The position numbers were made by a program, and so were the translations under genes. The notes below the pieces were generated by a model that was given only the letters and a program-made list of their open reading frames with translations, did no database searches and was not told where the DNA came from. From Eubacteriales bacterium (lineage in GTDB: Bacteria; Bacillota; Clostridia; Oscillospirales; CAG-382), in the NCBI GenBank assembly GCA_045540015.1, contig JAZQGP010000013.1:9100-73099 (forward strand): a DNA stretch of 64,000 nucleotides, given 5' to 3'. How positions within the stretch are numbered: the stretch's first letter is position 1; every line of letters begins with the position of its first letter. This document shows positions 32,979 through 41,772 of the stretch, one piece after another.

Positions 32979-33676
32979 CGGTAATCAAAGCACAAAAACT
33001 GAGTCTTTCGTATGACGGGCACAGGGTTGTCAGCGACCTTGATTTTGAAATTGAAAAAGGCGACTACCTTTGCATTGTCGGCGAAAACGGCTCGGGCAAA
33101 TCAACGCTTGTAAAAGCACTTCTGGGACTCAAAAAGCCCTCCGGCGGAGAGCTTAAAACAGATAAAAATTTAATGCCGCCGTATGTCGGATACCTTCCGC
33201 AGCAAACCGATACGCAAAAAGACTTTCCTGCAAGCGTGTATGAGGTGGTTTTGTCTGGATGTCTTGGAAGTAAAAAGCTGCTGAGCTTTTACACTAAAAA
33301 GGACAGGGCAAAGGCTGAGGAAAACATGAGAATAACAGGCGTTTATGAGCTTGCGGACAAATGCTACCGTAATCTTTCGGGCGGTCAACAGCAGAGAGTT
33401 TTGCTTGCAAGGGCACTGTGTGCTGCAAAAAGCATGCTCCTTCTTGATGAGCCTGTTACGGGCCTTGACCCTGTTTCAAGCGAAGAAATGTACGAAACAG
33501 TAAAACGTCTTAACAGAGAAAACGGTATGACTGTTGTTATGGTGTCGCACGATATAAACGCGGCAATGAAATACTCTTCTCACATTCTTCACCTTGATAG
33601 TACATCACTGTTTTTTGGCAGAACAGAAGATTATGACGTTAAAAGAAACTTTTCTTTAGGAGAAAACAATGCTTGA
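32969..33676 (+). CDS. Metal ABC transporter ATPase (ZnuC family; start may be GTG 32975)
   Basis: GENGSGKST, LSGGQQQR, LLDEP, SHD. Confidence 0.92.
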   Translation: MQVTVIKAQKLSLSYDGHRVVSDLDFEIEKGDYLCIVGENGSGKSTLVKALLGLKKPSGGELKTDKNLMPPYVGYLPQQTDTQKDFPASVYEVVLSGCLGSKKLLSFYTKKDRAKAEENMRITGVYELADKCYRNLSGGQQQRVLLARALCAAKSMLLLDEPVTGLDPVSSEEMYETVKRLNRENGMTVVMVSHDINAAMKYSSHILHLDSTSLFFGRTEDYDVKRNFSLGENNA

Positions 33677-34490
33677 AGCTTTAGTCGGGATGTTTTCATA
33701 TCCCTTTATTATAAGGGCGCTTATAGGAGGCGCAGTGCTTTCTCTGTGTGCATCGCTTCTCGGTGTCAGCCTTGTGCTTAAACGATATTCCATGATAGGT
33801 GACGGACTTTCACATGTCGGCTTTGGTGCGGTTGCCGTGGCATCGGCTCTCGGACTTTCACCCATGGGCGTTGCAATTCCTGTTGTAATAATTGCAGCAT
33901 TTCTGCTGCTTCGCCTGAATGAAAGCAGTAAGATAAAGGGCGATGCTGCTGTTGCAATGGTGTCAAGCGGCGCACTTGCGGCAGGCGTTATAGCGGTGTC
34001 TGTCACAACGGGAATAAATACTGATTTTTACAGCTATATGTTCGGAAGCATTCTCGGGATGAGCAAGAGGGATGTTGTGCTTAGTCTTTGCGTGTGCATT
34101 CCTGTGCTTATTCTGTTTGTTCTGTTTTATAACCGAATATTTTCGGTGACCTTTGACGAGAGCTTTGCAAGGGCGGCAGGAGTAAAAGCAGGACTGTATA
34201 ATGCAATTGTCGCGGTTCTCACTGCACTTACGGTTGTCCTCGGAATGCGGCTCATGGGTGCGCTTTTGATATCAAGCCTTGTCATTTTCCCGTGCCTTAC
34301 GGCAATGCGTGTGTGCAGAAGCTTTAAGGCGGTGACTGTGTGTGCTGCAATTTTGTCAATCTCGTGCTTCTTTGTCGGAATGTATTTATCTGTGCTGTTT
34401 TCGCTTCCGACGGGTGCGAGCATTGTGGGAATGAATGTGCTGTGCTTTGCGTTATTTTCGATGGTTGGTAAAGCAATAAAGAAAAATTAA
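33669..34490 (+). CDS. Metal ABC transporter permease (ZnuB family)
   Basis: SMIGDGLSH, YMFGSIL, TFDESFA, GALLISSL. Confidence 0.92.
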   Translation: MLEALVGMFSYPFIIRALIGGAVLSLCASLLGVSLVLKRYSMIGDGLSHVGFGAVAVASALGLSPMGVAIPVVIIAAFLLLRLNESSKIKGDAAVAMVSSGALAAGVIAVSVTTGINTDFYSYMFGSILGMSKRDVVLSLCVCIPVLILFVLFYNRIFSVTFDESFARAAGVKAGLYNAIVAVLTALTVVLGMRLMGALLISSLVIFPCLTAMRVCRSFKAVTVCAAILSISCFFVGMYLSVLFSLPTGASIVGMNVLCFALFSMVGKAIKKN

Positions 34491-34503
34491 ATAAAAAAAC
34501 AAG

Positions 34504-34564
34504 ACGGGAGTTTTTTAATAACTCCCGTTTCTGTATGACAAAGAGACCGCAAATGCGGTCTCTT
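34504..34564. terminator. Two adjacent terminator hairpins between convergent znuB-like and fba genes
   Basis: ACGGGAGTT/AACTCCCGT (34504-34528) and AAGAGACCGCA/TGCGGTCTCTT (34541-34564). Confidence 0.8.
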
Positions 34565-34584
34565 AAACTATGCTGTTTTAAATT

Positions 34585-35448
34585 TTACGCCTTGCCTACA
34601 GAACCGAAGAGTTCCATCTTTTCCTTAACGGTAGCCTTAATAGCTTCAAAGCCGGGAGCAAGGAGCTTTCTGGGGTCAAAGCCCTTGCCTGTAAGGTCCT
34701 TGCCCTCTTCGATGTACTTTCTTGTAGCTTCAGCAAAAGAAAGCTGGCATTCGGTGTTTACGTTTATCTTGGATACGCCAAGGCTTATAGCCTTCTGAAT
34801 CATGTCAGCAGGAATGCCTGTACCGCCGTGGAGAACAAGAGGCATCTTTCCTACTTCCTTGGAAACTGCATCGAGTGTTTCAAAGGAAAGTCCCTGCCAG
34901 TTTTCGGGATACTTTCCGTGTATATTACCGATACCCGCTGCGAGCATTGTAACGCCGAGGTCTGCAATCATCTTACATTCCTTGGGATCTGCACATTCGC
35001 CCATACCTACAACGCCGTCTTCTTCGCCGCCGATAGAACCAACCTCAGCTTCAAGAGAGATTCCCTTTTCGCCAGTGATTCTTACGAGTTCTTTTGTCTT
35101 TTCAATGTTTTCTTCAATCGGATAGTGAGAACCGTCGAACATTACAGACGAGAATCCTGCTTCAATGCACTTGAGTGCACCTTCGTAAGAGCCGTGGTCA
35201 AGATGGAGAGCTACGGGAACTGTAATCTTAAGCTCCTCAAGCATTCCGTTTACCATGCCTACTACTGTCTTGTAGCCGCACATGTACTTACCTGCACCCT
35301 CGGATACGCCGAGAATAACGGGGCTCTTAAGCTCTTCTGCCGTGAGAAGAATTGCCTTTGTCCATTCAAGATTGTTGATGTTGAACTGACCTACTGCGTA
35401 GTGTCCTTCTCTTGCCTTGGCAAGCATTTCCTTTGCTGATACTAACAT
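34585..35448 (-). CDS. fba: Class II fructose-1,6-bisphosphate aldolase
   Basis: AVGQFNINNLE, LHLDHG, GNIHGKY, LVLHGGTG, KINVNTE. Confidence 0.97.
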   Translation of the reverse strand: MLVSAKEMLAKAREGHYAVGQFNINNLEWTKAILLTAEELKSPVILGVSEGAGKYMCGYKTVVGMVNGMLEELKITVPVALHLDHGSYEGALKCIEAGFSSVMFDGSHYPIEENIEKTKELVRITGEKGISLEAEVGSIGGEEDGVVGMGECADPKECKMIADLGVTMLAAGIGNIHGKYPENWQGLSFETLDAVSKEVGKMPLVLHGGTGIPADMIQKAISLGVSKINVNTECQLSFAEATRKYIEEGKDLTGKGFDPRKLLAPGFEAIKATVKEKMELFGSVGKA

Positions 35449-35574
35449 TTTTTATTCCTCCGTGAAATTATATTTCCGATATTATAATACCCAATATGCG
35501 TGATTAGTTCAATATGAATTTGTTAAAAAAATTGCAATAAAGCAAACATTTGACATTTTGTGTCACTTTTTGCA

Positions 35575-36573
35575 TCAAAGCAGGATGCAACCATTTTCCG
35601 CAAGAGCTTTTTCCTGTTCTTCGGGCCAGACGGATGCCTGAACCTCGCCAATGTGGATTTTGCGAAGATAATACATGCAAAGTCTCGACTGACCGATACC
35701 GCCGCCTATTGTAAAGGGAAGCTTGTCTTCAAGGATTGCCTTGTGGAACGAAAGGCTTCTTCTGTCATTACAGCCGCTTATTGTAAGCTGTTTGTCAAGC
35801 GAAGCACTGTCAACGCGAACGCCCATACTGCTTATTTCAAGGGCAATGTCAAGAACGGGGTAGTAAAGAAGAATATCGCAGTTCATTTCCCAGTCGTCGT
35901 AATCGGGACTTCTGCCGTCGTGCTTTTTGCCGGAAGCAAGCACACCTCCTATTTTCATAAGACACACTGCTTTGTGAAGACGGGTAAATTCATTTTCCCT
36001 TTCTTTTGGTGTAAGTGAAGGATACAGGTCTTCAAGTTCCTGAGTGGTGATAAAGGTTATTTCCTCAGGAAGCGGACAGTCCTCGTACGCTTGTCTTAGC
36101 TCAGGATAGCTGTAGGACATGTGCTGTTCTGTGCTCTTGAGAACGCGGTAAATTCTCTTTACCGTCTTCATGAGCGTTTCGAGCGTGCGTTCCTCATGGG
36201 TTATAACTTTTTCCCAGTCCCACTGGTCAACGTAAAGTGAGTGAAGCGCATCGGTCGTTTCGTCGCGGCGGATTGCGTTCATGTCCGTGTAAAGACCCTC
36301 ACCCGGCTCAAAGCCGTATTTTCCGAGAGCATATCGCTTCCATTTTGCAAGCGACTGAACAATCTGTACGTCTTTTCCTGTTTCAAGTATGTCAAACTGC
36401 ACAGGACGTTCTGTGCCGTTGAGAGCATCGTTGAGACCCGATTCGGGAGTTACGAAAAGGGGAGCCGAAACACGCGTGAGATTGAGCGAATTTGCAAGCT
36501 CTCTTTCAAAATAGTCCTTGCAGCTTTTGATTGCGGTCTGTGTACGGCGTATGCCGAGAATTGACTTGTACAT
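35575..36573 (-). CDS. asnA: Aspartate-ammonia ligase
   Basis: [40 protein letters not shown]. Confidence 0.97.
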   Translation of the reverse strand: MYKSILGIRRTQTAIKSCKDYFERELANSLNLTRVSAPLFVTPESGLNDALNGTERPVQFDILETGKDVQIVQSLAKWKRYALGKYGFEPGEGLYTDMNAIRRDETTDALHSLYVDQWDWEKVITHEERTLETLMKTVKRIYRVLKSTEQHMSYSYPELRQAYEDCPLPEEITFITTQELEDLYPSLTPKERENEFTRLHKAVCLMKIGGVLASGKKHDGRSPDYDDWEMNCDILLYYPVLDIALEISSMGVRVDSASLDKQLTISGCNDRRSLSFHKAILEDKLPFTIGGGIGQSRLCMYYLRKIHIGEVQASVWPEEQEKALAENGCILL

Positions 36574-36711
36574 AAGGATTCCTCCGAACCTTAAATTAAT
36601 TACATTATAGTGTACCATATTTTTACGCTATTGTCTATACAGTATTTTGTAAAAGAATAAGCAATTTTTTGTACTTTTGTTGTTATATATGCGTAAAAGT
36701 TTATATTTGTA

Positions 36712-36740
36712 TTGACACACGGGCAAAAAAAAGCTAAAAT
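36712..36740 (+). promoter_or_regulatory. SigA promoter of birA
   Basis: TTGACA-17 nt-TAAAAT. Confidence 0.7.
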
Positions 36741-36797
36741 ATATAATGATACAGAAGGCTTTTGACTGTGTCCAAAAAAGAACAGGGAGGCGTAAAA

Positions 36798-37583
36798 GTG
36801 GAACACCGCGGACTTTTCTCAAATCTTGAAACAAAGGTGTACGGCAGAAGTGCTGCCTTTCTTTCCGGAATTGATTCGACAAATAATTATATAAAGCGGC
36901 TTGAGCAATATTTGCCCGACGGTTTTCTCGCTGTTGCCGAAAAACAGGAAAACGGCAGAGGCAGAAGCGGTAAGAGCTTTTATTCACCTGTCGGTCACGG
37001 TCTTTATATGAGTATGCTTTTAAAGGATGAAAAAGCTGTTTCTGACAACCTTGCAACGGTGAAAGCATGTCTTGCAGTCTGCAGGGCGATTGACCGTATA
37101 ACGGGAACGGATAAGCAAAACGGCGTTGGTATAAAATGGGTAAATGACATATATTACGGCGGCAAAAAGCTTTGCGGAATACTGTGCGAAAGAGCGCAGG
37201 GTTATGACGGCAAAGCGTATGTTGTTATCGGAATAGGAGTCAACCTGTTTTTTGACAGAGGAGAAGCCCCGAAGGATATCCGCGATATCGCAGGCTCTGT
37301 TTTTGACATTTCGGGCGTTGAATATGATGCGCTTACTCTTTGTGCCGAAATAACAAATGAGCTTGAAAAGCTTTTTGTGCAGGATGTAGAAACAACGAAT
37401 ATTCTTTCTGAATACAAGGGCAGAAGCATTATTCTCGGACATGAAATTTCCGTAATGCAGGGTGATGAAGTAAAACGTGCTGCGGCGCTTGATATCTGCG
37501 AGGACGGCTCGCTTCTCGTGCGTTACGAGGACGGCTTTACGGCAAAGCTGTGCGGCGGAGAAGTGAGTATCAGACAACGATGA
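36798..37583 (+). CDS. birA: Biotin-protein ligase, monofunctional (no N-terminal HTH)
   Basis: DSTN, QENGRGRSG, IKWVNDI, KKLCGIL, IGIGVN; GTG after GGGAGG. Confidence 0.92.
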   Translation: MEHRGLFSNLETKVYGRSAAFLSGIDSTNNYIKRLEQYLPDGFLAVAEKQENGRGRSGKSFYSPVGHGLYMSMLLKDEKAVSDNLATVKACLAVCRAIDRITGTDKQNGVGIKWVNDIYYGGKKLCGILCERAQGYDGKAYVVIGIGVNLFFDRGEAPKDIRDIAGSVFDISGVEYDALTLCAEITNELEKLFVQDVETTNILSEYKGRSIILGHEISVMQGDEVKRAAALDICEDGSLLVRYEDGFTAKLCGGEVSIRQR

Positions 37584-37607
37584 GCTTGATGTATAATTAA
37601 GAGGGAT

Positions 37608-37725
37608 GTTAAATCAAGTTGCTTAGATTTATACTATCTCGGTTAGAGATGTGTTGTGAAATTGAAGTCGTTTAGACTTCAATTTCACCTATTAAAACTT
37701 TTTGCCAAGCTTTTTCAAAAAGCGG
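37608..37725 (+). repeat. Palindromic repeat element, left copy: degenerate unit + 33-bp palindrome + TTTGCC-hairpin tail
   Basis: GTGAAATTGAAGTC-GTTTA-GACTTCAATTTCAC (37656-37688, perfect 14-bp stem), then AAAACTTTTTGCCAAGCTTTTTCAAAAAGCGG. Confidence 0.75.
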
Positions 37726-37771
37726 ATTTGTAAATTTTTTGAAATGCAAGAGTTTTTTCTCATATTATCTA

Positions 37772-37800
37772 TTGCTTTGGTGAAGAGTATGTGATATAAT
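37772..37800 (+). promoter_or_regulatory. SigA promoter of pgk-tpiA
   Basis: TTGCTT-17 nt-TATAAT with extended TG. Confidence 0.75.
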
Positions 37801-37851
37801 CACTCAGTAAAGTCTTTGTTAAAAATTTGATTATATAAGAGGTGCAAGAAA

Positions 37852-39150
37852 ATGTTAAACAAAAAGACAGTAGAAGACATCGAAGTCAAAGGCAAGAGAG
37901 TTCTTGTCCGTTGCGACTTCAACGTGCCGCTAAAGGACGGCGTTATCACAAGTGACAAGAGAATTGTAAGTGCAATTCCCACAATCAAGTATCTTCTTGA
38001 AAACGGTGCAAAGGTAATTCTTACCTCTCACATGGGTAAGCCCCACGCAATTTTCACAGAAGGCTTCGGTCTTGACAAGAAGGAAAAGAAGAAGGTTGAG
38101 GCTCTTCCCGAAGCAGAGCAGGCAGCAGCAAAGGCTGAGCTTCTTGAAGCTGCAAAGAAGAACGACCCTGTAAAGTTCACTCTTAAGCCTGTTGCAGACA
38201 GACTCAACGAGCTTCTCGGCGGTAAGGTTACTTTCGCAAAGGATATCGTTGGTGAAGACGCAAAGGCAAAGATTGCGGCTCTCAAGGAAGGCGAAGCTGT
38301 TCTTCTTGAAAACGTTCGTTTTGATGCAAGAGAAACAAAGAATGAAGAGTCCTTCTCCAAGGAACTCGCTTCTCTCTGCGATTGCTATGTAAACGACGCA
38401 TTCGGTTCTGCTCACAGAGCACACTGCTCCACAGCAGGCGTTACTGCATTTGTTAAGGATGCTGCATGCGGCTACCTTATCCAGAAGGAACTTGAGGTTA
38501 TGGGCGGAGCTCTTGCAAATCCCGTACGTCCTTTCGTTGCAATCCTCGGTGGTGCTAAGGTTTCCGACAAAATCGGCGTTATTGAAAACCTTATTGACAA
38601 GGTTGATACACTTATCATCGGCGGCGGTATGGCATATACCTTTATGCGTGCTCTCGGCAACACAATTGGTACTTCTCTTTGCGAAGAAGATAAGCTTGAG
38701 CTTGCTATCGAGCTTATGGAAAAGGCAAGAGCAAAGGGTGTAAACTTCCTTCTCCCTGTTGACAATATGATAGGAAGAGAATACAAGGAAGACACAGAGT
38801 GCATGAGAATTTATTCCGACGCTATTCCGGATGGCTGGATGGGCCTTGACATTGGACCTACAACAATTGAGCTGTTCTCCAAGACTCTCAAGGGTGCAGG
38901 CACTGTTGTATGGAACGGACCTATGGGCGTTTCCGAATGGAAGAACTTTGCAAACGGTACTGAAAATGTTGCAAAGGCAGTTGCTGAAAGCGGTGCAATT
39001 TCCATCATCGGTGGCGGTGACTCTGCAGCAGCAGTTGAAAAGCTCGGCTATGCGGACAAGATGACACACATCTCCACAGGCGGCGGTGCATCCCTTGAAT
39101 TCCTTGAAGGCAAGGAGCTTCCCGGTATCGCAGCTCTTAACGATAAGTAA
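37852..39150 (+). CDS. pgk: Phosphoglycerate kinase
   Basis: [46 protein letters not shown]. Confidence 0.99.
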   Translation: MLNKKTVEDIEVKGKRVLVRCDFNVPLKDGVITSDKRIVSAIPTIKYLLENGAKVILTSHMGKPHAIFTEGFGLDKKEKKKVEALPEAEQAAAKAELLEAAKKNDPVKFTLKPVADRLNELLGGKVTFAKDIVGEDAKAKIAALKEGEAVLLENVRFDARETKNEESFSKELASLCDCYVNDAFGSAHRAHCSTAGVTAFVKDAACGYLIQKELEVMGGALANPVRPFVAILGGAKVSDKIGVIENLIDKVDTLIIGGGMAYTFMRALGNTIGTSLCEEDKLELAIELMEKARAKGVNFLLPVDNMIGREYKEDTECMRIYSDAIPDGWMGLDIGPTTIELFSKTLKGAGTVVWNGPMGVSEWKNFANGTENVAKAVAESGAISIIGGGDSAAAVEKLGYADKMTHISTGGGASLEFLEGKELPGIAALNDK

Positions 39151-39174
39151 TTATCGGATTTAACCAATAAAACA

Positions 39175-39198
39175 CGGGCAAAGTTTTCGCTTTGCCCG
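39175..39198 (+). other. Intercistronic hairpin between pgk and tpiA
   Basis: Perfect 9-bp stem CGGGCAAAG/CTTTGCCCG without a clear U-tract. Confidence 0.6.
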
Positions 39199-39228
39199 AA
39201 ATTACTTTAATAAAACGAGGTATTTAAA

Positions 39229-39984
39229 ATGAGAAGAATAGTTATCGCAGGTAACTGGAAAATGAACAAGACCCCTTCAGAAACAAAGGCTTTTCTTGAA
39301 AGCTTAAAGCCTGTAGTTGCAGGAAAAGACAACTGTGACATCGTTTGCTGTGTTCCCGCAACAAACCTTTGCACAGCGGTTGAGGCTGCAAAGGGTTCAA
39401 ACATCAAAATCGGTGCTCAGAACGTACATTTTGCAAAGAGCGGTGCATACACAGGAGAAATCAGTGCTGATATGCTCTGCGACCTTGGCGTAGAATACGT
39501 TATCATCGGTCACTCCGAAAGAAGACAGTATTTTGCTGAAACAGACGAAACCGTTAATGCAAGAGTTAAGGCTGCTCTTGAGGCAGGACTTAAGGTTATT
39601 CTTTGTGTTGGCGAGCTTGAAAAGGAAAGAGAGCAGGGAATTACAAACGAAATTCTCGGCAAGCAGACAAAGGTTGACCTTCTCGATGTTACTGCCGAGC
39701 AGATGAAGAATGTTATCATTGCATACGAGCCTGTATGGGCAATCGGCACAGGCAAGACTGCTACAAACGAACAGGCAGACGAAGCTTGCGGCGTTGTAAG
39801 AAGTGTTGTTGCCGAGCTTTACGGCAAAAACGTTGCTGACGAAACTATCGTTCAGTACGGCGGAAGCATGAACGCAAAGAACTGTGCAGACCTTCTCAAG
39901 TGTGAGAACGTTGACGGCGGTCTTATCGGCGGTGCTTCTCTCAAGACCGAAGACTTCGGCATCATTGTAGACGCAGCCCAGTAA
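39229..39984 (+). CDS. tpiA: Triosephosphate isomerase
   Basis: AGNWKMN, IIGHSERR, AYEPVWAIGTG, YGGS, DGGLIGGASL. Confidence 0.99.
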   Translation: MRRIVIAGNWKMNKTPSETKAFLESLKPVVAGKDNCDIVCCVPATNLCTAVEAAKGSNIKIGAQNVHFAKSGAYTGEISADMLCDLGVEYVIIGHSERRQYFAETDETVNARVKAALEAGLKVILCVGELEKEREQGITNEILGKQTKVDLLDVTAEQMKNVIIAYEPVWAIGTGKTATNEQADEACGVVRSVVAELYGKNVADETIVQYGGSMNAKNCADLLKCENVDGGLIGGASLKTEDFGIIVDAAQ

Positions 39985-40186
39985 CCTACTTTCTTGAAAG
40001 AAAGTAGGCAAAGAACTTTTCCTTGGTCAAATCGAAATTCAAGGAACTTCGATTTGACAATTCGCCACATTGGTATTTAAATATAAAAGGAAAGTAAACA
40101 TAAGTCTATTAAATCGAGGTTTAAACAACCTCGATTTTACGTTTCGTCTTATTAGCGTATAGGCTTATAAACAACTTCGGTTTTAC
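39985..40186 (-). repeat. Palindromic repeat array, right copy: half unit + two 33-bp palindromes + TTTGCC-hairpin tail, inverted relative to the left copy
   Basis: Minus strand GTAAAACCGAAGTT-GTTTA (40186-40168); GTAAAATCGAGGTT-GTTTA-AACCTCGATTTAAT (40140-40108); GTCAAATCGAAGTTC-CTT-GAATTTCGATTTGAC (40058-40026); tail AAAAGTTCTTTGCCTACTTTCTTTCAAGAAAGTAGG. Confidence 0.75.
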
Positions 40187-40207
40187 GAAAACACATATTA
40201 TATAAAT

Positions 40208-40234
40208 GTAGGGGCGACCCTATGTGGTCGCCCG
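40208..40234 (+). repeat. GTAG-type REP element
   Basis: GTAG tetranucleotide followed by the GC-rich palindrome GGGCGACC-CTATGT-GGTCGCCC. Confidence 0.75.
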
Positions 40235-40248
40235 CAAAACTGTTAAAG

Positions 40249-40283
40249 AAAAGGAACCTTGAAAAAATTCAGGGTTCTTTTTT
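40249..40283. terminator. Bidirectional terminator
   Basis: AAAAGGAACCTTGAA..TTCAGGGTTCTTTTTT. Confidence 0.7.
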
Positions 40284-40300
40284 GTATGTCTATGTATTTG

Positions 40301-40828
40301 TTATTGATTGATATATTCCACAAGCTTATTTATTGACTCTCTGTCGGAAAAATCACCGTCAGCATCGCAAAGTTCGACGAGAAGCTTTTCCATGTCGGAG
40401 GGATTTTCCTTTGCGGACATGATTTTCTTGAGCGCCTTGAGTGCGGTTCTGTGCGGCAAGGTAAGCTCGTCAAGTACCATTTTTCCGAGGAAATTAAAGA
40501 TTTTAACGTTTTCGGGAACACCGTTTTTGAAATTTTTCTCCAGTACTTCACCGTCATAGTAGGCTCTGACGTCTATGGGCGTAATGCCTGTGGTGAATAC
40601 AACTATTTTTTTGTCAGCAAGCTTATGTATGTTCTTTGTAATAAGAGAAACGCCGTTTATAATTTCAGCGTACAGTCCGCCGCCGTAGACAATTGTGTCA
40701 TATTGCATAAGCGTGTCGGGTTTTATGTTTTTTGCTTCAACGGCACTGCAGCCGAGTTCTTCGGCTATCCACTTTGCATACTGCCTTGTAGAGCCGTATT
40801 TTGATTTGTAGATTACTATTGTGTTCAT
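40301..40828 (-). CDS. Flavodoxin-domain protein (HemG/Flavodoxin_5-like)
   Basis: IVIYKSKYGSTRQYAKWIAEEL, YDTIVYGGGLYA. Confidence 0.88.
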   Translation of the reverse strand: MNTIVIYKSKYGSTRQYAKWIAEELGCSAVEAKNIKPDTLMQYDTIVYGGGLYAEIINGVSLITKNIHKLADKKIVVFTTGITPIDVRAYYDGEVLEKNFKNGVPENVKIFNFLGKMVLDELTLPHRTALKALKKIMSAKENPSDMEKLLVELCDADGDFSDRESINKLVEYINQ

Positions 40829-40942
40829 ATGTATACCTCTGCTGTTATTATTTGAAAATGGTTTGTCGGATGTTTTCAATCCAATCGATTATATGCACAC
40901 AGCGATAGAAAAAACACTTTTCACTGTTTATATGCCGGAATT

Positions 40943-41614
40943 TCACCATATGAAAGGTATTAGACGATACTTTACTTTTTGTTTATACTCACGGTAACCT
41001 GAGAGCTCTTTTTCAAGAAGAGCCTCTTCGTTTTTTATTCGTTTGCAGATTATAAAGGGATACAGAAGAAAGATTAGAAAAGCATAAACTGATCCAAGAA
41101 CAAGAGGCATCGACAAAAACAGCAGCAATGTGGCACTATACATAGGGTGTCTTACAATTCCGTACAGCTTTGTGTCGATAACTTTTTGGTTTTCCTGAAC
41201 CTCGACGGTTCGGCTTAGATATGTATTCTCTCTCAGCACCTCAGCATAAAGAATATATGCTATAATAAACACCGCTACAGCAGCAATTACAACAAATCTC
41301 GGCAAAATGTACCATTGAAAACGAAATCCAAGCCCTGCAACGATGAATCCGAGAGAAAACATAAGACCGCTCAATGTTACAACAAGACGCTGTTCTTTTT
41401 GGCTTTCTTTAGCGCTGAGACGTTTTTTTAATAATTCGGGGTTTTTAAACATCATAACAATGCCCGCTATAAACATTGGAATGAATAATATTCCCATAAG
41501 CAACTTGCCGTAAGAAAACGAAAAAGTACCTGCTGGGAAAAATATCAAAATTCCGGTCAAAAGAACGCCTGATAAAAATTTGGTAATTGCTTGAATGAGT
41601 AATTTTGCAGTCAT
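40943..41614 (-). CDS. Isoprenylcysteine carboxyl methyltransferase (ICMT/PEMT) family membrane protein
   Basis: ENTYLSRTVEV, LYGIVRHPMY, RIKNEEALL, YRLIPFIW. Confidence 0.9.
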   Translation of the reverse strand: MTAKLLIQAITKFLSGVLLTGILIFFPAGTFSFSYGKLLMGILFIPMFIAGIVMMFKNPELLKKRLSAKESQKEQRLVVTLSGLMFSLGFIVAGLGFRFQWYILPRFVVIAAVAVFIIAYILYAEVLRENTYLSRTVEVQENQKVIDTKLYGIVRHPMYSATLLLFLSMPLVLGSVYAFLIFLLYPFIICKRIKNEEALLEKELSGYREYKQKVKYRLIPFIW

Positions 41615-41772
41615 GGCAATTCTCCTGAAAATTGTGTTTTTTGGCAAGATTTATCATGGCTATTGGTTGAGAACAACCTCTTATGTTATCACGAATCTCA
41701 GCTATTTCAAGTGTGAGTTCGTAGTGACGCAGACATATCGCACATCACCGGCGTATACAACATTAAATTCCG

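Noticed and set aside
35520-35537. Rex operator upstream of fba (TTGTTAAAAAAATTGCAA)
   Set aside because: Three mismatches in the second half-site within AT-rich DNA; too weak.
37930-39069. 379-aa antisense ORF over pgk, and similar ORFs over rpoB, rpoC, gyrB, tpiA and fba
   Set aside because: Shadow ORFs produced by codon bias in highly expressed genes; no RBS or recognisable motifs.
39985-40186. Repeated 33-bp palindromes as a mini CRISPR array
   Set aside because: Copies are divergent, spacing is irregular (82 and 46 bp), the whole unit is palindromic, and no cas genes are present.
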